Shown here: in pieces, positions 27,020 through 36,673 of the stretch
How positions within the stretch are numbered: the stretch's first letter is position 1
Layout: every line of letters starts with the position of its first letter
Assembly (NCBI GenBank): GCA_021795215.1
Contig: JAJYPS010000004.1
Coordinates: 1 to 49,973, forward strand
Direction of reading: 5' to 3'
Length of the DNA stretch: 49,973 bases
Origin: Actinomycetes bacterium
Lineage (GTDB): Bacteria; Actinomycetota; Acidimicrobiia; Acidimicrobiales; JAKAOS01
The notes under the pieces: model-generated
Told to the model about the DNA's origin: nothing
The model's input: the letters and a program-made list of their open reading frames with translations, nothing else
The model's database searches: none
Program-made: the position numbers and the translations under genes

Positions 27020-28649
27020 CGCATTGCCCCGGCGCCGAGCCGCCGACCCGAGCCCGAAGGCCCGGGTCGGCGAAGTACGGCCGAAGGCGCAGCTCGACCG
27101 GCGGCAGGTGCCCGTACACCAGCAGAGCGTGGCCTGGGCGTATGCGGCGGATCATATCCGGCGGTGCGAGGCGACGAGAGACCGGGGACACGGTCGTGGA
27201 GAAGCCGCCCCTGGCGTCCCGAGACCGTGAGGACGACATCACGTCCGCCTCCCCTGCCAACATGCTGACCTGGTCCAGGGTCACCTGGTCAGATACCCCG
27301 GACAGGATCAGCTTCGCCCTGTGGTTGTTGAACACGGTGGCGGCCCTGACTCCGTAGCGCGCGGCCACCTGCGCCAGGTCCTGGAACACCGTGAGCAGCT
27401 GAATGCCGTGTCCGGCGGCGGTGGCAGCGAGAGTGTCGAGATCGGCCAGGGGGGCGATGTTCGCAGCCTCGTCCAGAACGACCAGAAGGGGGCGAGCCAG
27501 CGGAGCGCCGCTTCGGGTGGCGGCCGAGTACGCCCGTCGCAGCACCTCTTCGATGAGCGAACTGAACAACGGCCTCAGGCGCGACTGGTCGTGCGCCGGG
27601 GCGCACAGGTAGAGCGTGTCGGAGCCACCAGCCAGAAGCTGTCCTATGTCGACCGACCGCGAAGCAGGCGCCGGGGGGCGGTCCGCGAAGGACTCGAGCA
27701 CCGTCTCGGCCGTGGTGTAGACAGAACTTCGTTGGCGCTCCTCCCTGCCCCACGACGCCTGCGCCGCCTGAAGCGCTTCGTCCGACCCCGCGGCTCGCAG
27801 GAGCTCGTACGCCTCGCCCATCTCCTGGGTGTCCACCCAGCGAGCGACGTCCTCCATCCCGAGCCCGCCGCGAGCGGCGGCCAGGAGCAGAGGCGCCAGC
27901 AGCTTCGCAGCCAAGGAGTACCAGAAGTCGGCCTCGTCGAGGCGTCCCTCGCCCACGCGAGCAGACTGGCACATCGTGGCAGCGATCCTGCGCGCGGCCG
28001 GCCAGGAGTGCGCTCCGCCCAGCGGGCACCAATCCGCCGTCTCGTAGCCGGTGCTGCCGGTCGGGTCGAAGACCGACACCGTCCCCAAGGTGGCTCTCCA
28101 GCCGAACGTGCTTCGGAGCAGGTCCGATTTCACGCTCGCAGCCAGCACAGGACCGTCCCATTCGAGAATGGTCGGTATGGCGAGCCCGGACGTCTTCATC
28201 GTCTGGCTCGGTCCGACCACCACCAACGACTGGTTCGGCTCGCACGCCAGGAGCTCCCTTCCCACTTTCCCGAGCACCAGCCGACCCCGCTCCGCCGCCG
28301 CCACTCGCAGGGGTGCCACATCCGCGGCGGTTGCCCAACGAGCCTGCATACCGCCGCTCCCGGCCCGCCCCTTGGACAACCCCGCAGCGGCTCGACCGGC
28401 GGCGGACCAGTGGCCGGACGGTCGGTCGGAGGAACCGAACCCCGCTGGCGACGAGAGCAGGCGATACAGCACCGGGACGGCGACCACCGCCGCGAGCACA
28501 AGGACCGGGGCGGCGCCAGAGCCGACCAGACGAGACCACTGGCATGCGCCGGCGATCACCGCAAGCGCCGACGAACCCAACAGGCCGGCGACGGAAAGGT
28601 AGCGCTGTCTCCGCCACGCCGTGTCGCCGTGCCGCCCAGGAGCGCTCAC
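27009..28649 (-). CDS. Type IV coupling protein (VirD4/TraD-TraG family)
   Basis: N-terminal TM pair; variant Walker A GPSQTMKT; SVKSDL; LDEAANIAP; QDLAQ..ARYG; NNHRAK; GTGA overlap with upstream gene. Confidence 0.88.
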   Translation of the reverse strand: MSAPGRHGDTAWRRQRYLSVAGLLGSSALAVIAGACQWSRLVGSGAAPVLVLAAVVAVPVLYRLLSSPAGFGSSDRPSGHWSAAGRAAAGLSKGRAGSGGMQARWATAADVAPLRVAAAERGRLVLGKVGRELLACEPNQSLVVVGPSQTMKTSGLAIPTILEWDGPVLAASVKSDLLRSTFGWRATLGTVSVFDPTGSTGYETADWCPLGGAHSWPAARRIAATMCQSARVGEGRLDEADFWYSLAAKLLAPLLLAAARGGLGMEDVARWVDTQEMGEAYELLRAAGSDEALQAAQASWGREERQRSSVYTTAETVLESFADRPPAPASRSVDIGQLLAGGSDTLYLCAPAHDQSRLRPLFSSLIEEVLRRAYSAATRSGAPLARPLLVVLDEAANIAPLADLDTLAATAAGHGIQLLTVFQDLAQVAARYGVRAATVFNNHRAKLILSGVSDQVTLDQVSMLAGEADVMSSSRSRDARGGFSTTVSPVSRRLAPPDMIRRIRPGHALLVYGHLPPVELRLRPYFADPGLRARVGGSAPGQCATA

Positions 28650-29977
28650 CTCGCTTCCGGGCGGGAGGAGGCTCCGGCGGTAACGGGCCGTAGGGGCCAG
28701 AACCCAGTACCCCGAGGATGTGCGGCGACACCTCCCGTCTCCGTCGCTCTTGGCACTTGGCCCATCGCCGCGTCGGTGTCCACCAGGGCTCGCTCCTCTC
28801 CCCCGAGCCGGTGGCGGACCAAGAAGGAGCGCCCGCCGACCTTCCAAAGCGCCAGGCCGCGGCCAAGTCGGGGGAGCAGGCTCTCCTCCGAAGACCCCAG
28901 GTCCAGCAGCGATGCCGCTCGTCTGGCCTCCGACGCTGGTTGGGCGAAGATCACCTTCGTCTCGGAGTCGAGCAGGAGGCCTTCCGCCAGACCCGCCACC
29001 TGGCTGCCACGAGGACCCACGGCGGCCAGATCGGTCGCCCGATGGACCACCACGACATTCGACACACCCCAGGCCCGGCTCAACTTCCAACTGGCCTGCA
29101 GCCACCGGGCGGTGGTGAGCTCGGACAGGAGCGCCCATGCTTCGTCGACCACCACGTAGCGCTTCACGCCGTCACCGGTCATGAGCCTCGCCCCCATCCA
29201 GGCGAGAGCGCACGTCATCAGCACACCCAGCCCCTTGGACCCGTAGAGGGGAGACAGGTCCAGCACCACCAAGGGAGCATCAAGATCGAGGCCCGGCGTG
29301 GTGGGGCCGTCGAACAGGCCTGCCAGATCGCCGTTCACGAGACGCCGCAACTCGAGCGCCACATCTCGCCCGTCCTCCGCCAGTGCGCGGACGTCGGTCG
29401 AGAGCGCCGACGCCGAAAACTGGGTCGGGCGCATGAGCTGGTCCACCACCGCCGGCACCGTTGTGGGCGGCTGTTCGCGGGCTGCCATCGTCACGGCCGC
29501 CACCACTGCAGCCCTCTCTCGTGGCGTGACGCTACGGCGCATGGTCACCTCCGCCAGTGAGCAGAGCAGGTCCGCCCCGCCACCAGGCCCCGCTCCGGAG
29601 CCTCCGGCGGCGTCCAGAGGGTTCAACCTCACCTGCCCTCCGGGTGCTATCCGGATCGGTCGTACACCCCACGCAGCTGCGAGGGCTCCGTACTCACCCT
29701 TCGGGTCGAGCACCCATCCCTGGCGACCCAACACGGCCTGCCGCCAGAGAAGGCTCTTGACCATCGCGGACTTTCCCCTCCCTATCTGTCCGACCACGGC
29801 CATGTTCGGGCTCGTCACGACACCTGCTGCGTACAGCTGGAACGGATCGAACCAGAAGGGGGCGCCGAACAGGTCCTGGCCCATGTAGCTGCCTGTCCTG
29901 CCGTAGCCCGGCTCCCCCCAGAAGGGGTGGGCCGCTGCCAGCTGTGCCGTCGTTGCCACGTGGCGAGGCAACTTCAC
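28646..29977 (-). CDS. VirB4-like ATPase
   Basis: DPFQLY...TSPN...GQIGRGKS, DPKGEY, VVVDEAW, KLSRAWGV; GTGA overlap. Confidence 0.88.
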   Translation of the reverse strand: MKLPRHVATTAQLAAAHPFWGEPGYGRTGSYMGQDLFGAPFWFDPFQLYAAGVVTSPNMAVVGQIGRGKSAMVKSLLWRQAVLGRQGWVLDPKGEYGALAAAWGVRPIRIAPGGQVRLNPLDAAGGSGAGPGGGADLLCSLAEVTMRRSVTPRERAAVVAAVTMAAREQPPTTVPAVVDQLMRPTQFSASALSTDVRALAEDGRDVALELRRLVNGDLAGLFDGPTTPGLDLDAPLVVLDLSPLYGSKGLGVLMTCALAWMGARLMTGDGVKRYVVVDEAWALLSELTTARWLQASWKLSRAWGVSNVVVVHRATDLAAVGPRGSQVAGLAEGLLLDSETKVIFAQPASEARRAASLLDLGSSEESLLPRLGRGLALWKVGGRSFLVRHRLGGEERALVDTDAAMGQVPRATETGGVAAHPRGTGFWPLRPVTAGASSRPEAR

Positions 29978-31467
29978 GACAGGCCCCTGCCCAAGGGAAG
30001 CAGGCACGCCAAGCCGCTGTCTATTTGACCGTAAAGCCTCCTCAAGTCCAGCCCGGCCTGCGCCGCCACGCGTTCGACGCCGTCGCACGCTACCTCGAGC
30101 TCGTCCCGAGCAGCGGCGGCGACGCCCACGTATCCGGAGAACCTGAACTGCGCGTGGCCATCTGCCAGCTCGGCGGCCAGCCTGGCCGTTTGAGCGGCCT
30201 CCCTCTGCCGCCTGGCCGACACCACGAACCCGTGCCTCCTCCGCAACTCCGCCTCGGCTAGCTCCGCGGTCCGCGCCTGCTCCACGTCCCGGGCGGCTCG
30301 CAGGGCTGGCGTCGGTTCCAGGGTGGTCGACATCGTGATCCTGGCTCCTCGCTGGAACAGCAGTGGCGTGAGGAAATCGGGTCCCACTTCGGACCGCGGC
30401 CATTCGGCTACCCAGTAGGTAGCGTGCCAAGTGCCGCCGGTGCGGAGTGACGACCAGCGCCGCTCGATCGCCGTGGGCCAAGGCCAGCCAGGAGAATCGG
30501 CTCCTCGCCTGCCGCCCGGCCCGAACGGCGCCCGTGCCCGCAGTTCGGGCTCGGACGAGAACGCCTGCAGGACCGTCTCCGACAGCGCATCCGGGCCGAG
30601 TGGCCAAGCAGGTGCCAGGCCTGCCCGTTCCAGCTCCATGCACAGCGCAGAGATCCGATCGGCAAGCAGGTCGCAGGCGGCCAGATCGACACCTCCCCCC
30701 CCACGGACGGGCCGCCCAGCCCTGCGCTCCGACACGGTCAGGGCGACCAGGGTCTGCTGTGCCCAACTTCGATCCTCCCACTCCTCGAGGAGCGCTCTGT
30801 AGCTCTGCCCCCTGCGAGTCGGCTCCTCGGGAAGCGTCAAGGTGTCCGGCCCCGTGGTCAGAGCCGACGGCATCCGCCGTGCTATCCACTGAACGCGCCG
30901 GACGTCGTCGCTCTCTGCAGCCAGCGAAGCCAGCAGCCGGCCCCAGCCCGCGGACCGCCTCGCTCGCCCGGCACGCTCACCCAACATCGCTCCTGGTGCC
31001 TCCACCATCACCACAGCCGTGTATCGACGGTAACGCCCGTCGTGCACCACACCCAGCCTGGGCCTCCCCGGTGCAGGAGGGGCGGCGAACAGGTGCAGCC
31101 CCTCGAAACCGCTCCGCTGCTCCGTCCTGTGCCCGGTCCTGCCCTTCGCCCTCCCGTGGCCACCGACTGCCGTTCCGGCATAGGGACGGCGGCTCACCAC
31201 AACCGGTGCCCTCCTCTGCGCCAACCAGGCAAGGACCGCCGGTGACCACTGCAGAAGCGACCTTCCGCCCAGCGGCCACCTGGCAAACGCCACCGCGGCA
31301 GAGGCGACAGCGCAGCCGACGACCACTCCAACGGCGTCGGGAAGCATACGGAGGACCTCGACGGCAACAGCCAGGCCGACGGCCACGACAACCAGCTGCG
31401 ACGATTGCCAGCCACCCATCAGCCCTCGTTGGGACCTCGGGCCGAACTCGTAACGGCTCTCACTCAC
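29974..31467 (-). CDS. SCO6880/PrgI-family T4SS membrane protein
   Basis: YEFGPRSQRGLMGG plus two TMs; WHATYWVAEWPR; ELADGHA; LPLGRGL. Confidence 0.8.
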   Translation of the reverse strand: MSESRYEFGPRSQRGLMGGWQSSQLVVVAVGLAVAVEVLRMLPDAVGVVVGCAVASAAVAFARWPLGGRSLLQWSPAVLAWLAQRRAPVVVSRRPYAGTAVGGHGRAKGRTGHRTEQRSGFEGLHLFAAPPAPGRPRLGVVHDGRYRRYTAVVMVEAPGAMLGERAGRARRSAGWGRLLASLAAESDDVRRVQWIARRMPSALTTGPDTLTLPEEPTRRGQSYRALLEEWEDRSWAQQTLVALTVSERRAGRPVRGGGGVDLAACDLLADRISALCMELERAGLAPAWPLGPDALSETVLQAFSSEPELRARAPFGPGGRRGADSPGWPWPTAIERRWSSLRTGGTWHATYWVAEWPRSEVGPDFLTPLLFQRGARITMSTTLEPTPALRAARDVEQARTAELAEAELRRRHGFVVSARRQREAAQTARLAAELADGHAQFRFSGYVGVAAAARDELEVACDGVERVAAQAGLDLRRLYGQIDSGLACLLPLGRGLS

Positions 31468-32956
31468 CGGAGTCGGCCCACCAGTCCCCGTTCCCCCACG
31501 GGTCATCTCCAGCCTCCGTCTCGGACGTGTCGTGACTCCCGACCGATCGCTCGGGGCCACGGCGATCCACGTCCGCGCCCTCGACCTCCCGAGCGGCTGC
31601 GTCGAAGTCCGCCCGGTCGTTCGCCGTCCGCCCGGACGAGCCGGGGACGCCAGCGGGATCGTCCACCAGAGCCGCAGACCCGAGCGGCGGTTCCCCCCCG
31701 GCCAGCCGCCCATCGGGCAGGCCCCCTTCGGGCAGGCGACCGGTTCCCTCGCCGGCACCCTGCGACGAGCTCCCCTCCGACGTCCCTCCGTCGGCGGCTC
31801 CGTCCGGGACGGACCGTGCCGGCCTGACCGGTGGGATCCGACGCACCTCTCCGTTGGAGTACTCGATGCCTTCCCTTGCCAGCAGAGCTTCGAACTCGGC
31901 GGGCACGCCCGTCGGCTCGGCGAGCGGCGGAAACGACGGCTCGTTGCTCGGGTCGAGCACCCCGTCCTCCCCCCCGGTCATCTGCGCGAGGCGAGAGCCC
32001 AGGGATGCCGCTGCGGGAACGGCGCGGAGCGCCCTCCGGCCGGTCCCCTCCAGATGGCCGACCGCTCCGGACTCGATGAACGGAACCATCCTCAGCAGTG
32101 CGAACGGCGAGAACGTGGCCATCAGCAGGAGCGCCGCACCGCTGAGCAGGCTGGCCACGTCCAGATGGCGGCCGCCGGACACCATCGCCGAGGCGCCGAG
32201 GGCCAGCACGGCGACCATCACCAGCTTGGAAAAGATCAGCGCCATCAGGGTCTCGGCCAGCCGTCTCGCCCAAGCAGTGGTCACCGGCCAGATCATGCCG
32301 GCCAGCGCCAGAGGCATGAACATCGTCGCCGCCAGGATGGCCGCCGATCGCAGGATCAGCTCCAGCCACAACCCGAGCGACGCCGCTCCGAGGAGGGCGG
32401 CCAGTACGAGCGTCACCAATGGTGGCGCCGAAGGGCCGGTGCCCCCTACGCCTCCGGCCAGCTGCGTCATCAGCGCTGCGGGATCGAAGCCCGAGGAGCG
32501 GGCCAGATCCCGGCTCAACACGTTCGTGACGGCCACCGCTACCTGAACCAGGCCGAGAGAAGCCGCTCCGAGGACCGCCGCCAAGGGAAGCTGCAGCACG
32601 ACCGCTCGCACGATCGCCCCCGTGTCCTGGCGAACCACGCCTTGCATCACCGCTCCGAGCAGAAGGGGGAGGGCGACGAATCCTGCGACGTCCTCCATCA
32701 GCCGTGCGTGGCCCGCGAACCAGGGCGCTCCCAACGGTGGCTCGGACGACGTCGACAGGACGTGTCCCACTTGGTCGAGCAGCCACGCTGCTGCCGCGTC
32801 GAAGGACTTGCCAATCGCGCCGAGCAGCGCCACAGCCGCAGCGCCGAGCAGGGACGACCCGGGACCGGCGCACGACACGGCGCCCGTACCGCACGACGGC
32901 ACCGCCTGGTGCAGGAGCGCCTGATGCACGCCCGGCTGCGTTACGTGAAGGCTCAA
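31460..32956 (-). CDS. VirB6/TrbL-like polytopic T4SS membrane protein
   Basis: Multiple TMs, LWLELILRSAAI...PLALAG.IWP, low-complexity acidic tail; start uncertain. Confidence 0.75.
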   Translation of the reverse strand: MSLHVTQPGVHQALLHQAVPSCGTGAVSCAGPGSSLLGAAAVALLGAIGKSFDAAAAWLLDQVGHVLSTSSEPPLGAPWFAGHARLMEDVAGFVALPLLLGAVMQGVVRQDTGAIVRAVVLQLPLAAVLGAASLGLVQVAVAVTNVLSRDLARSSGFDPAALMTQLAGGVGGTGPSAPPLVTLVLAALLGAASLGLWLELILRSAAILAATMFMPLALAGMIWPVTTAWARRLAETLMALIFSKLVMVAVLALGASAMVSGGRHLDVASLLSGAALLLMATFSPFALLRMVPFIESGAVGHLEGTGRRALRAVPAAASLGSRLAQMTGGEDGVLDPSNEPSFPPLAEPTGVPAEFEALLAREGIEYSNGEVRRIPPVRPARSVPDGAADGGTSEGSSSQGAGEGTGRLPEGGLPDGRLAGGEPPLGSAALVDDPAGVPGSSGRTANDRADFDAAAREVEGADVDRRGPERSVGSHDTSETEAGDDPWGNGDWWADSGE

Positions 32957-33249
32957 TGGACCTTGGTCCCGGCGTGGTAGAAGAAGCGCACGACCGCCGG
33001 AGCGGCACCGATGGCCAACGCCGCCACGCTCGACACCAGCACGGCCCGCCTGCCTGCGAAGGCGTGCTGGTAGTTCTGCGAATGGGCTCCGAGCGCCCAC
33101 GTGGCGGCGCCGATCAGGAGGCCCGCCAGCGCGGCCATCAGCGCCCACGCCGACAGACCGTCCACCAGGCTGGTCAGCACGGGGCCGCCAGGCAGGGCGC
33201 CCAGGTTCGGAGACAGGGCGGGCAGAGCAACGGCGAGCGATGACATCAC
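32953..33249 (-). CDS. VirB2/TrbC pilin-like small membrane protein (DUF6112-like)
   Basis: PNLGALPGG plus two hydrophobic helices, ending IGAAPAVVRFF; GGAGG RBS. Confidence 0.75.
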   Translation of the reverse strand: MMSSLAVALPALSPNLGALPGGPVLTSLVDGLSAWALMAALAGLLIGAATWALGAHSQNYQHAFAGRRAVLVSSVAALAIGAAPAVVRFFYHAGTKVH

Positions 33250-33354
33250 GGCACCTCCGGGGACGACAATCTGACGCCGCCGATCCTATAGAGCGGCCCA
33301 TGGCATTTCAATGCGTTTCACTGACTACGGTGTCGACATGGCGAAGGGTGGGCA

Positions 33355-33954
33355 GTGGAACAGACCCGGACGGTGATCGCACTGGCCGGGTTGGCGTTGG
33401 TCGGAGGGGCTCCCCTGGCAGCCGGTGCCGCAACCGTGACGATCGGCATGTCGCTCGTCGCGGTCGGGTCGATCGCAGGCGTGGGGAGCGGCATCGGCAC
33501 GGCCACGTCGTCCGCTGCTGCCTACGGTCCGCCTCCGGTCACTCCGATCAGCGCGGCTCCGGGCTACGCGAGGCCGATACCTCCTCGGATGCTCGCGCTC
33601 TACCGTTGGGCCGCCCCCAGCTGTCCCGGCCTGCCGTGGCAGGTACTGGCCGGTATCGGTCGCGTCGAAACCGATCACAACCTGGCCGACGGAATCTCCA
33701 CCGCCGGTGCGGAAGGGCCGATGCAGTTCATGCCGGCAACGTTCGCCGCCTACGGAGCAGACTCCGGCGACGGCGACGCTGCCAATATCTGGGACCCCGC
33801 CGATTCGGTGCTGACCGCGGCCCGGTACCTCTGCGTCAACGGAGCCGGTAGCCCGGCCGGCATAAGGGGGGCTCTGTGGGCCTACAACCACTCCTCCGCC
33901 TACGGCTCGGAGGTCCTGCTCTACGCAGCGCGCTACACGAGACTTTACGGCTGA
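33355..33954 (+). CDS. Lytic transglycosylase (SLT, VirB1-like)
   Basis: WQVLAGIGRVET, AGAEGPMQFMPATF, ALWAYNHS; N-terminal hydrophobic segment. Confidence 0.88.
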   Translation: MEQTRTVIALAGLALVGGAPLAAGAATVTIGMSLVAVGSIAGVGSGIGTATSSAAAYGPPPVTPISAAPGYARPIPPRMLALYRWAAPSCPGLPWQVLAGIGRVETDHNLADGISTAGAEGPMQFMPATFAAYGADSGDGDAANIWDPADSVLTAARYLCVNGAGSPAGIRGALWAYNHSSAYGSEVLLYAARYTRLYG

Positions 33955-34045
33955 CGCCACCTGCGATCTCGCATGAGCCGCCGGAGCCGGCGAAACGGCC
34001 CTAGTGTGGCGGTGTGGGACTTCCGGCGGGGGCCGCCCCGGGTCC

Positions 34046-35335
34046 ATGCACATCCTGACCCCTCATCCGCTCAGTCCATTCGCCGTAGTGGTGCTCGCCG
34101 CGGTGACCGTGACAGCAGCGTTGCTCGGCGCTGCTGTCGGCAGCGCCCGGAGCCGGTACCGCACCCGACGGCGGCTGACGTCCGTGGTCTCCCGCCTGGG
34201 AGCCGTCTCGGACGACGCACCGGTGGAGGGACGGGGTGAAGCGGTCGAGAGCGACATCCGGCTGGAAGGACTTCTCTCCAAGCTGGAGAGGATGACCGGC
34301 AACGCCGTGGAGGCGGTCAACGTGGCGAAGGCAGAGGCGAGCCGGCTACGACACGCGATCGACGTGCTGCCCCACGGAATCGTGATCCGGGACGAGCACG
34401 GAGACGTGATCTTCCGCAATGCCAGCGCCGGATCGCTGATCGGGAGCAGGCACTCGGACCTGCTGGCGGCCAGGACGATCGACGAGCAGCTCGAGTCGAC
34501 CGGCCCTGTCGAGCCGAGCGAGCGGACTATCGAACTGTACGGTCCGCCGCGGCGGACGCTGGTGATAAGGGCCAGTCCGCTGGACGACGGCAATCAGTCG
34601 CTCGGCGTGGTCGCCGTGATGGAGGACGTTTCGGAGCGACGGCGGCTGGAGGCCGTGCGCAAGGACTTCGTCGCCAACGTCAGCCACGAGCTGAAGACTC
34701 CCGTTGCCGCCCTCGCCCTGCTGGCCGAGACGCTCGCCGACGAGAAGGACCCCATGGTCACCCAACGTCTGGCCGGCAGGATCCAGACCGAAGCCGTGCG
34801 GGTCGGCCGGATCATCGAGGACCTGCTCGACCTGTCGCGAATCGAGGCGGAGGAGGCGCCTCCGCGTGAGCCCGTGTCAGCGGGCCTCATCGTGGCGGAG
34901 GCAGCCGACAGGGTCCGCTCCGCGGCCGAGCGCCGCCAGATCCGCATCGAGGTCGCCGAGCCGGCAGACGACTGCCTGGTGCTGGGCGACAGGCGCCAGT
35001 TCGTGTCGGCCGTGCACAACCTCATCGACAATGCCGTCAAGTACTCCCCCGACGGTTCGGCCGTGCACGTGGAGACCGGGACGGAGTCCGGCTGGGTCGA
35101 CATAGTGGTCAAGGACCACGGAATCGGGATCCCTGCAAGAGACCTGAGCCGGATATTCGAGCGGTTCTACCGAGTCGACCAGGCCCGGAGCCGCTCCAGT
35201 GGCGGCACTGGGCTCGGCTTGGCCATAGTTAGGCATGTGGCCGGCAACCATGGAGGGCGTGTGATGGTCAATTCCAGGGAAGGCGAGGGTTCGGTGTTCA
35301 CCCTCCGTCTGCCCACTGCGGGACAGGGACGATGA
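34046..35335 (+). CDS. senX3: Sensor histidine kinase, SenX3-like
   Basis: DFVANVSHELKTP, NLIDNAVKYS, RIFERFYRVD, GGTGLGLAIVRH; precedes a regX3-like regulator. Confidence 0.85.
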   Translation: MHILTPHPLSPFAVVVLAAVTVTAALLGAAVGSARSRYRTRRRLTSVVSRLGAVSDDAPVEGRGEAVESDIRLEGLLSKLERMTGNAVEAVNVAKAEASRLRHAIDVLPHGIVIRDEHGDVIFRNASAGSLIGSRHSDLLAARTIDEQLESTGPVEPSERTIELYGPPRRTLVIRASPLDDGNQSLGVVAVMEDVSERRRLEAVRKDFVANVSHELKTPVAALALLAETLADEKDPMVTQRLAGRIQTEAVRVGRIIEDLLDLSRIEAEEAPPREPVSAGLIVAEAADRVRSAAERRQIRIEVAEPADDCLVLGDRRQFVSAVHNLIDNAVKYSPDGSAVHVETGTESGWVDIVVKDHGIGIPARDLSRIFERFYRVDQARSRSSGGTGLGLAIVRHVAGNHGGRVMVNSREGEGSVFTLRLPTAGQGR

Positions 35336-35374
35336 GCAGGTTTCGACGATGAGCGGGTTTCGACGATGAGCAGG
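35328..35374 (+). repeat. 17-bp tandem repeat (about 2.8 units) encoding two ATGA-coupled hexapeptide ORFs
   Basis: GACGATGAGCRGGTTTC at 35328, 35345 and 35362 (partial); ORFs 35332-35352 MSRFRR and 35349-35369 MSGFRR. Confidence 0.9.
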
Positions 35375-36079
35375 GAGCAGCCCACGGTGCTCCTGGCCGA
35401 GGACGAGGACTCCTTCGTCGAGGCTCTCGTGGTGGGCCTCAAGCGGGAGGGGTTCCGAGTGGAGGTCGCCCGGGACGGTGTGACTGCCCTGGCGCAGTTC
35501 GACTCGGTCCGGCCGGACGTGGTCCTGCTGGATGTGATGCTGCCCCAGATGTCGGGGCTGGACGTCTGCCGAGAGATAAGGACTCGGTCGTCGGTCCCGA
35601 TCATCATGGTGACAGCCAGGGGAACCGAGTTGGACACAGTGGTCGGCCTGGAGGTGGGAGCGGACGACTACGTGTCCAAGCCGTACCGTCTCCGGGAGCT
35701 GATCGCCCGTATGCGAGCTGTCATGCGGCGATCGCCCGAAGGGGGCCAGGCGAGCGGCGTCACCAGCGACGTAGTGGAGGTGGGAGGCGTCCGGCTGGAC
35801 CCCGAGCGCCACGAGGTGACGGTTCGCGGCGACGAGGTGCGGCTGCCGCTCAAGGAGTTCGAGCTGCTGGAGCTGCTGTTGTCCAACGCGGGTCGTGTCC
35901 TGACCCGTGAGACGCTGATCGACAGGGTCTGGGGACCGCACTACGTGGGGGACACCAAGACTCTGGACGTCCACGTGAAACGTCTACGGGCCAGGATCGA
36001 AGAGGACCCGTCGCGACCTTGCCTGATCACGACCATCCGGGGGCTCGGCTACCGCTTCGAAGTGCCACGGGCCTCCTGA
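35366..36079 (+). CDS. regX3: OmpR-family response regulator, RegX3-like
   Basis: LPLKEFELL, LIDRVWG..YVGDTKTLDVHVKRLR. Confidence 0.88.
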   Translation: MSREQPTVLLAEDEDSFVEALVVGLKREGFRVEVARDGVTALAQFDSVRPDVVLLDVMLPQMSGLDVCREIRTRSSVPIIMVTARGTELDTVVGLEVGADDYVSKPYRLRELIARMRAVMRRSPEGGQASGVTSDVVEVGGVRLDPERHEVTVRGDEVRLPLKEFELLELLLSNAGRVLTRETLIDRVWGPHYVGDTKTLDVHVKRLRARIEEDPSRPCLITTIRGLGYRFEVPRAS

Positions 36080-36154
36080 GGGTCCGGGAGAGCCCTCGGT
36101 GACGATGGCCGACCTGGAAATGGCGACAGCCGAGTGCTGGTTTAGGCTCTGGTC

Positions 36155-36604
36155 GTGGAAGACCGGCTGAGCTCGCTACTTGTGGCGCTGCGGTCCAGAG
36201 GAGGCCGCGTGACGTCCGCACGCCGAGCCCTGCTCTCCGCGCTGGTCGGCTCGGACGGTCATCTTACGGCCGAAGACCTGGCTGAGCGGGTGCGCCGCTT
36301 ACAGCCGGACGTTCACTTGTCTACCGTCTACCGTGCGCTGGACGCGCTGGAGGCGTTGGGCGTGGTGGACCACGTGCACCTGGGTCACGGCCGCGCCATC
36401 TACCATCTGGCCGATTCTGCGCACCACCACCTGGCATGCGAGAGCTGCGGCCAAGTGGTGGAAGTGGACCCGTCGGTGCTGGCACCGTTGGCGCGCAAGC
36501 TGAGCGACGACTACGGCTTCAGCGTCAGGACCCGTCATTTCGCTCTGGTGGGCCTCTGTTCCCACTGCGCCGACGGCGATTCGACTGTCGAGAGAGCTAC
36601 CTAG
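36155..36604 (+). CDS. Fur family transcriptional regulator
   Basis: STVYRAL, HHHLACESCG, LCSHC. Confidence 0.92.
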   Translation: MEDRLSSLLVALRSRGGRVTSARRALLSALVGSDGHLTAEDLAERVRRLQPDVHLSTVYRALDALEALGVVDHVHLGHGRAIYHLADSAHHHLACESCGQVVEVDPSVLAPLARKLSDDYGFSVRTRHFALVGLCSHCADGDSTVERAT

Positions 36605-36673
36605 AAGCGGGGCAGGGCGCCGGCCTTCACGCCGACGGCGAAGCATCGGTCGGGCGCAGCCCGCCCCCGGCCC

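Noticed and set aside
33250-33354. oriT in the divergent pilin/SLT intergenic region
   Set aside because: No recognisable nic motif or strong inverted repeat; more simply a divergent promoter
4932-33954. An ICE integrated at tRNA-Lys and including the T4SS genes
   Set aside because: By eye I found no duplicate of the tRNA-Lys 3' end and no integrase; the intervening genes look like ordinary metabolism
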